Source: Octopus vulgaris (taxonomy: Eukaryota). Taken from it: 64,000 bases of DNA. Below the pieces are notes generated by a model. The model made no database searches and was not told the origin of the DNA. It saw nothing but the letters and a program-made list of their open reading frames with translations. The position numbers were made by a program, and so were the translations under genes. Of this stretch, positions 59,914 to 64,000 are shown piece by piece (position 1 is the first letter of the stretch; the number at the start of each line of letters is the position of its first letter). The stretch spans positions 174,902,001 through 174,966,000 of the forward strand of contig OX597815.1 of the NCBI GenBank assembly GCA_951406725.2, given 5' to 3'.

Positions 59914-62218
59914 TGGCATGTAAAAAGCACCCATTACACTCTTGGAGTGGTTTGGCATTAGGAAAGGCATTCAGCTCTAGAAAGCATGCCAAATAAGATT
60001 GGAACTTGTGCGGCTCCCTGGCTTACCAGTTTTCAGTCAAACCCTTCAACCCATACCACCACCGAAGGCAGACACTAAATAATGATGATGATGATGATGA
60101 TATATATATATCATCATATGAGTGAGTACACAAACAAGAGAAAGAAGCACTTGCCCAAGGAGCTGGCTTCCATGCCGGTGGCACGTAAAATGCACCATCC
60201 GAACAGGGCCAATGCCAGTGCCATCTGACTGGACCCTATGCCGGTGGCACGTAAAATGCACCATCCTAACATGGTCAATGCCAGTGCCACCTGACTGGAC
60301 CCTATGTCGGTGGCACGTAAAATGCACCATCCAAACATGGTCAATGCCAGTGCCACCTGACTGGACCCCATGCTGGTGGAATGTAAAAAGCACCCACTAC
60401 ACTCTTGGAGTGGTTGGTGTTAGGAAGAGCATCCAGCTGTAGAAACATTGCTAGATCAAATTGGAGCCTGGTGTGGCCTCCTGGCTTGCCAGTCCTCAAT
60501 CAAACTGTCCAACCCATGCCAGCATGAAAAGCAAACGCTAAACGATGATGATGATGATAGCTGTTACCACCAGTCTACAGCCATTTTTTCTTCAAACTAC
60601 GTGCAGTTTTCTCCTCATAGCAACAACGGTAGCTTCAGGATTTACCATCATTTCACTTACTACATAGTTGTGCTTTATTAACATCATGCCATCTGCTTTC
60701 CAACAGATTTCTTCTGTTTTCAAGATTCTAACTCAGGATTTCATTTTCCTTCATCTGATTGGATTGTTTGAAAACAACGTCAAGAGAACCTTGTGGAACT
60801 ACTATACAGCTTAGCAACGAGCACACAGTCATCATTGTGTCTGTGTGTTTGCTACATGTGAACTGTTTTGTTACAAGCTCCATTCTTCACTATTTTTTTC
60901 CTCTTAATCAGGTACAATTCAGTTTTTCTCACCGAAGAGAGTCACATCACTCTGCCCTACTATCATGGCTATCCTAAGATGTGGCTTGCTCAGCTGGAAT
61001 CATACTTCGTATCCAATAACATTCAGTTGGCTCAGCAGAAATTGCACATAATATTGAGTGGAATTCCTTCGCCACTAGTTCTCACCATCAGAGACCTGAT
61101 CACAGACATGCCACCCAATGCCTCCTATGACAGCATAAAGGCAGAAGTCCTCCAAGAGCCACTTTCACACCCTCTTGGAGGACAAACACTGGGGAGATAG
61201 AACGCCAACAAAGTTTTTATGCAGAATTCGTGAGTTGGTCAACAGCTCAACTGAAGAAAATTTGTTCATGAAATAATTGTTTTTCTCTTGATTGCCATCT
61301 AACGTCCAGTCCATCTTAGCGCCAATGAAGGAGGTCATCTCACTTGAACAGATAGCTACGTCTGTGGACAAGATCCTGGAGTTCTCTAGGTCTCCCTTCT
61401 CTGCTGACAAGGGTGTAGCTATCACTTCATCTAAAAGTACCCGGGATTCTTCATCAACCAATGTAGCAGCCCATGCAGAAACCCTGAAGGCAATTAAGGA
61501 CTTGGTGCAACAGGTTTTGCAGTTGTGTTGTGTGCATACTCTCATTTTCCTGACTGCATTCCAGGAATTGTTCTTCTTGCCAGCGCACCATCACTTCGTC
61601 CAACATGCAGTGTTAGTACCATCAACAATTTGAGGATAAGGCAGAGCAGTGTGTGGCTCGAATCTTACATTAAATTGATGGGCTAAAAACTTGATAAATT
61701 TTAAACAACCAAGACTGCAGAATTGTTGCACACAAAGTTTACTGACTGAAACACAGTTGAAATGTTAGCGAAGCACAACAAAAGCTGAGGCTTTGAGGGT
61801 CACTGGGGAAGCTCACCTGACTCCTTTAGCTATGAATCTCATGCCTTTGGCGCCCAAGCTATTTTCTGCAAAAGCTTGGGGTAGTCTTATACAGCAAGTA
61901 TAGCTCAAAACCCACTTTTTAAATGGAAATCCTGGGGGGTTGTCTCATACACCCAGTTGTATTATACACCAATATATATGGTATACAGTTTGCAAATTCA
62001 TTCCAATGCTTGTTGGAAATTAAGAAGTGAAAATAAAAGCAAAATAAAAACAGTTAAGAGGCCCTCGTAATATATTAAAAAAAATAGATGTTGAATTTTG
62101 GCAATGGTAAAAAAAAATAGCACACTGACCTTTTTGGAATAAAAGTCTGAGACGGGAGACATTATTCCACCAACAACTTGATATCTTCCTGTTTTGTTTA
62201 GAGAATCTCGAGCTAGTT
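37949..62218 (-). CDS. NMNAT: Nicotinamide/nicotinate mononucleotide adenylyltransferase, 5'-partial. Exons 62130-62218, 58516-58583, 56757-56881, 52160-52290, 44022-44123, 40025-40083, 39273-39371, 37949-38216; the first coding exon (GxFxPxTxxH motif) is not in the window
   Basis: In-phase join: (E)[73 protein letters not shown].../...[104 protein letters not shown]. These are hallmark eukaryotic NMNAT motifs (SPVxDxYxKK, [14 protein letters not shown], ISSTxIR). All introns are GT-AG. Confidence 0.95.
39269..39371 (-). CDS. NMNAT: NMNAT exon ending at a stop codon (39269-39271) if unspliced, or at a donor after 39273 if spliced
   Basis: TTGCAG acceptor, [33 protein letters not shown]; sequence TTC AA|GTAAGT. 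Confidence 0.93.
40025..40083 (-). CDS. NMNAT: NMNAT exon
   Basis: GCTAG acceptor, [19 protein letters not shown], donor GTGAGT. Confidence 0.95.
44022..44123 (-). CDS. NMNAT: NMNAT exon
   Basis: TTCTTAG acceptor, [15 protein letters not shown]...YQ, donor GTAAAT. Confidence 0.95.
44190..44894 (+). mobile_element. Mariner fragment next to an NMNAT acceptor
   Basis: [31 protein letters not shown]; right TIR-like ...AATGAACACCCCTCATA. Confidence 0.85.
44905..45800 (+). mobile_element. Penelope-like 3' fragment (GIY-YIG plus terminal repeat)
   Basis: [41 protein letters not shown]; decayed hammerhead-like CTGAAGGGCGTAGGCTC near 45678. Confidence 0.75.
45806..46527 (+). mobile_element. RTE LINE 3' end with tandem 3'UTR units
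   Basis: [22 protein letters not shown] plus tail. Confidence 0.88.
47110..47440 (+). mobile_element. PLE 3' end remnant with hammerhead fold at 47240-47285
   Basis: ATAGT-CAGATGA-T-GGC TTGGTTG GCT-GAAAC ATCAAA GTC^ACTGT; one core change (U4A); upstream sequence resembles a GIY-YIG C-terminus. Confidence 0.55.
47470..47760 (+). mobile_element. tRNA-derived SINE (third family), CpG-rich and probably young
   Basis: A box TGGCCCAGTGG, B box GTTTCGATTCCC, tail CACGTGATCACGTGAT. Confidence 0.8.
48185..49247 (-). mobile_element. Mariner with both TIRs and TA TSD
   Basis: TA-CGAGGGAGAGTCAAAAATTAT ... ATAATTTTTGACTTCCCTCA-TA; [32 protein letters not shown]. Confidence 0.9.
49332..51030 (-). mobile_element. 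Tc1/mariner-superfamily element (maT/DD37D-like), degenerate, with nested CR1 fragment
   Basis: TA-CAGGGTG...CATCCTG-TA ends; [51 protein letters not shown]. Confidence 0.82.
50445..50850 (+). mobile_element. CR1 LINE 3' end nested in the DNA transposon
   Basis: [21 protein letters not shown]...[14 protein letters not shown]...FKASLD; AATAAA and (ATTGA)n tail. Confidence 0.85.
51543..51762. mobile_element. piggyBac-type MITE inserted in a SINE
   Basis: TTAA-CCCT...AGGG-TTAA. Confidence 0.75.
52160..52290 (-). CDS. NMNAT: NMNAT exon
   Basis: TTTCAG acceptor, ...[23 protein letters not shown], donor GTTTGT. Confidence 0.93.
52530..53570 (+). mobile_element. RTE LINE RT fragment; a separate short RT piece lies at 51345-51480
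   Basis: [57 protein letters not shown]. Confidence 0.85.
56757..56881 (-). CDS. NMNAT: NMNAT exon
   Basis: GTTAG acceptor, [21 protein letters not shown]..., donor GTAAGA. Confidence 0.93.
57360..57690 (-). mobile_element. RTE-type LINE fragment
   Basis: [21 protein letters not shown] motif. Confidence 0.6.
58516..58583 (-). CDS. NMNAT: NMNAT exon
   Basis: TTTCAG acceptor, [22 protein letters not shown], donor GTATCA. Confidence 0.94.
58625..58844. mobile_element. piggyBac-type MITE with TTAT target duplication
   Basis: TTAT-CCCTTTAG...CTAAAGGG-TTAT. Confidence 0.75.
58881..58976. repeat. (CAT)n/(CAC)n trinucleotide microsatellite; similar tracts at 39420-39450 and 43890-43990
   Basis: Direct inspection. 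Confidence 0.95.
60172..60557 (+). mobile_element. RTE tail copy with three 66-bp tandem units
   Basis: Unit starts at 60173, 60239, 60305 and 60371. Confidence 0.85.
60900..61660 (+). mobile_element. Gypsy LTR-retrotransposon gag remnant
   Basis: [19 protein letters not shown]...[28 protein letters not shown]...[18 protein letters not shown] knuckle. Confidence 0.75.
62130..62218 (-). CDS. NMNAT: NMNAT exon (first in window)
   Basis: TTTTAG acceptor, LARDSL...[10 protein letters not shown], donor GTCAGT. Confidence 0.95.
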
Positions 62219-63349
62219 CTAAAAGTGAGAGACAAAAGTGGATTAATGTGGTGAATCTGAACATTCAGAGGTACACACACGTATGTGTGTAAGTGCTTCA
62301 ATTATTATTATGGTTATTATACTATTAATTCAAAAGTTTTAAATTCACATCCACTGCAACACATATTCTGATGCAAGCTACACTCGAGTTTTGAAAAATT
62401 ACCCACAAGAGATCAGAACCAAAGTATTTTCTGAACCTGAATAGGAAATCTGGTCTTAATGATGATGTTTTGACAATGTGTGTGTGTGTGGTGGCAGGGT
62501 GGGGGTATAAAGCAGTCACAAGAAATCCCCAGAGATTGTGTGGCCCAGTATTTGTAGTGACATTGAAGGGTTTTAGTTGTTTATGATTAGAGAAAGTAGA
62601 CTATAAAATTATATCATCTCTGTAATGTTGAAGGGTTCTAGTTGTTATAGAAGAATGTTTTTGAGAATGTTTGCTTATGGAGGTGTTAATTTCTGGTGTG
62701 TTGGCTGTATGTGTGTGAGCATCATCTAGGTATGTGTATAATTAGAAGTATCAATTAATGGGTCCTTAAAAGTGTACAAGACTTGACTGAACCCTGACAA
62801 ATTTTGAAAAATTCATGTTTAAAATTGCCTTTACATCTCAGTATTTGATAAGCAAAACAAAAAACATAATTCCAGAGACAAAACTGAGAAGACCTGTCAA
62901 AACTTAGTGATTGGTTCATTGTTGCTGTGTATGGAACATAAGAAATGAGTGCAACAAGTGGTAAGATATGAGATATGTTGTACCTTATGAAAGCAGGGGA
63001 AAAAAAAAAGTAAAATGATGATAAAGAGAAAGACAGAATCTCTCCTCCATCTCTATGGAAAACAGATGTTAAATGATGATTAAATCAGTTTATTTAAATG
63101 TTACAATTTCATAATTTTTTCCCTTGGATATTTCCTGTAAGTATCCAATCCTTAATAAAATATCGCAGAATACCCAAACAAACATTTTCATATTTTATTC
63201 ACTGCCTTTTGGCCATCATCACAAATTTCTTTACATTCTAGTTTTTTTGTTTTCCATTAAAAAATTTTTTTTTATATTTAATATATATTTTGTCATTCAT
63301 TTTACGTCTGTTTTCCCACACAGAGACAGGTTAGAATGATATGGCATTG

Positions 63350-64000
63350 TTTTATGGATGTCTGTGTACAAACAGCGATGCTACATGGCAGTGAAATGTG
63401 CTGTGACCACCAAGGACATGTGTAGGCTTGCAAGAAATCAAGCTAGTATGCTCCACTAGATATGTAATGTCAGCGTGCATGCACAACAGAGTGTAAGCAT
63501 CTTGAGAGAAAAGTTGGGCATAAGACACATCAGATGTGGTGTACAAAAGAAACAATTGCACTGGTATGACAAAGTGATGAACTCTAACAGTGGAGGGAAC
63601 CTGTGAAAGAGGTAGACCCAGGAAGACATGGGACAAAGTGGTGAAGCATGATCTTTGACTATTGGGCCTCACAGAGGCAATGACAGGTGACCAAGACCAT
63701 TGGCGATATGCTGTGCTTGAGCAGAAGACCCAGCAAGTCAAATGAGATCATAGCCATGGCCAATGCCAGTGTTGTGTAACTGGTACATAAAAAATACCCT
63801 TGAACTTTGGCCAATATGCCATGCATGAGAAGACCTGTCAAGTCAAGTGAAATCATAGTCATAGCCTATGCCAGTTTCACATAACTGGCACCTGTGCCAG
63901 TGACATGTAAAAAGTACAGTTCAGTTGTTGGGCTTCAGAGAGGCTGTGACAGGTGATTGAGACCTTTGGTGATATACCGTGCTTGAGAAGACCTGTCAAG
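63350..64000 (+). mobile_element. RTE LINE 3' fragment running off the window
   Basis: [43 protein letters not shown]. Confidence 0.85.

Overview
AT-rich, repeat-saturated eukaryotic DNA. The SINE, RTE-LINE and microsatellite landscape looks like an octopod cephalopod (inference, not verified). Two intron-rich housekeeping genes lie on the minus strand and were assembled by hand from splice sites and reading phase. (1) A complete 7-exon GATD3/ES1 (C21orf33-like, DJ-1/PfpI superfamily) gene, CDS 28179->7124, 254 aa. Its last intron (7250-8797) has U12-type signals and rare AT-AT termini. (2) A 5'-truncated NMNAT gene with 8 exons in the window (62218->37949). Its penultimate exon ends at a donor that overlaps a stop codon (AA|GTAAGT), predicting short and long C-termini; the long tail carries NLS-like, CDK-like and PDZ-like motifs. 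Most of the remainder is transposon debris: RTE, CR1, R4/Dong and CRE LINEs, Penelope-like elements (PLEs), tRNA-SINEs, mariner and maT elements, piggyBac-like and Merlin-like MITEs, and a Gypsy gag. Several PLE ends carry hammerhead-ribozyme folds. Two of these replace the conserved C3-G8 core pair with a different Watson-Crick pair (A3-U8 at 211-250, U3-A8 at 10394-10466). Most ORFs in the track are microsatellite or antisense-to-TE artefacts. TE boundaries are approximate; exon boundaries were counted base by base.
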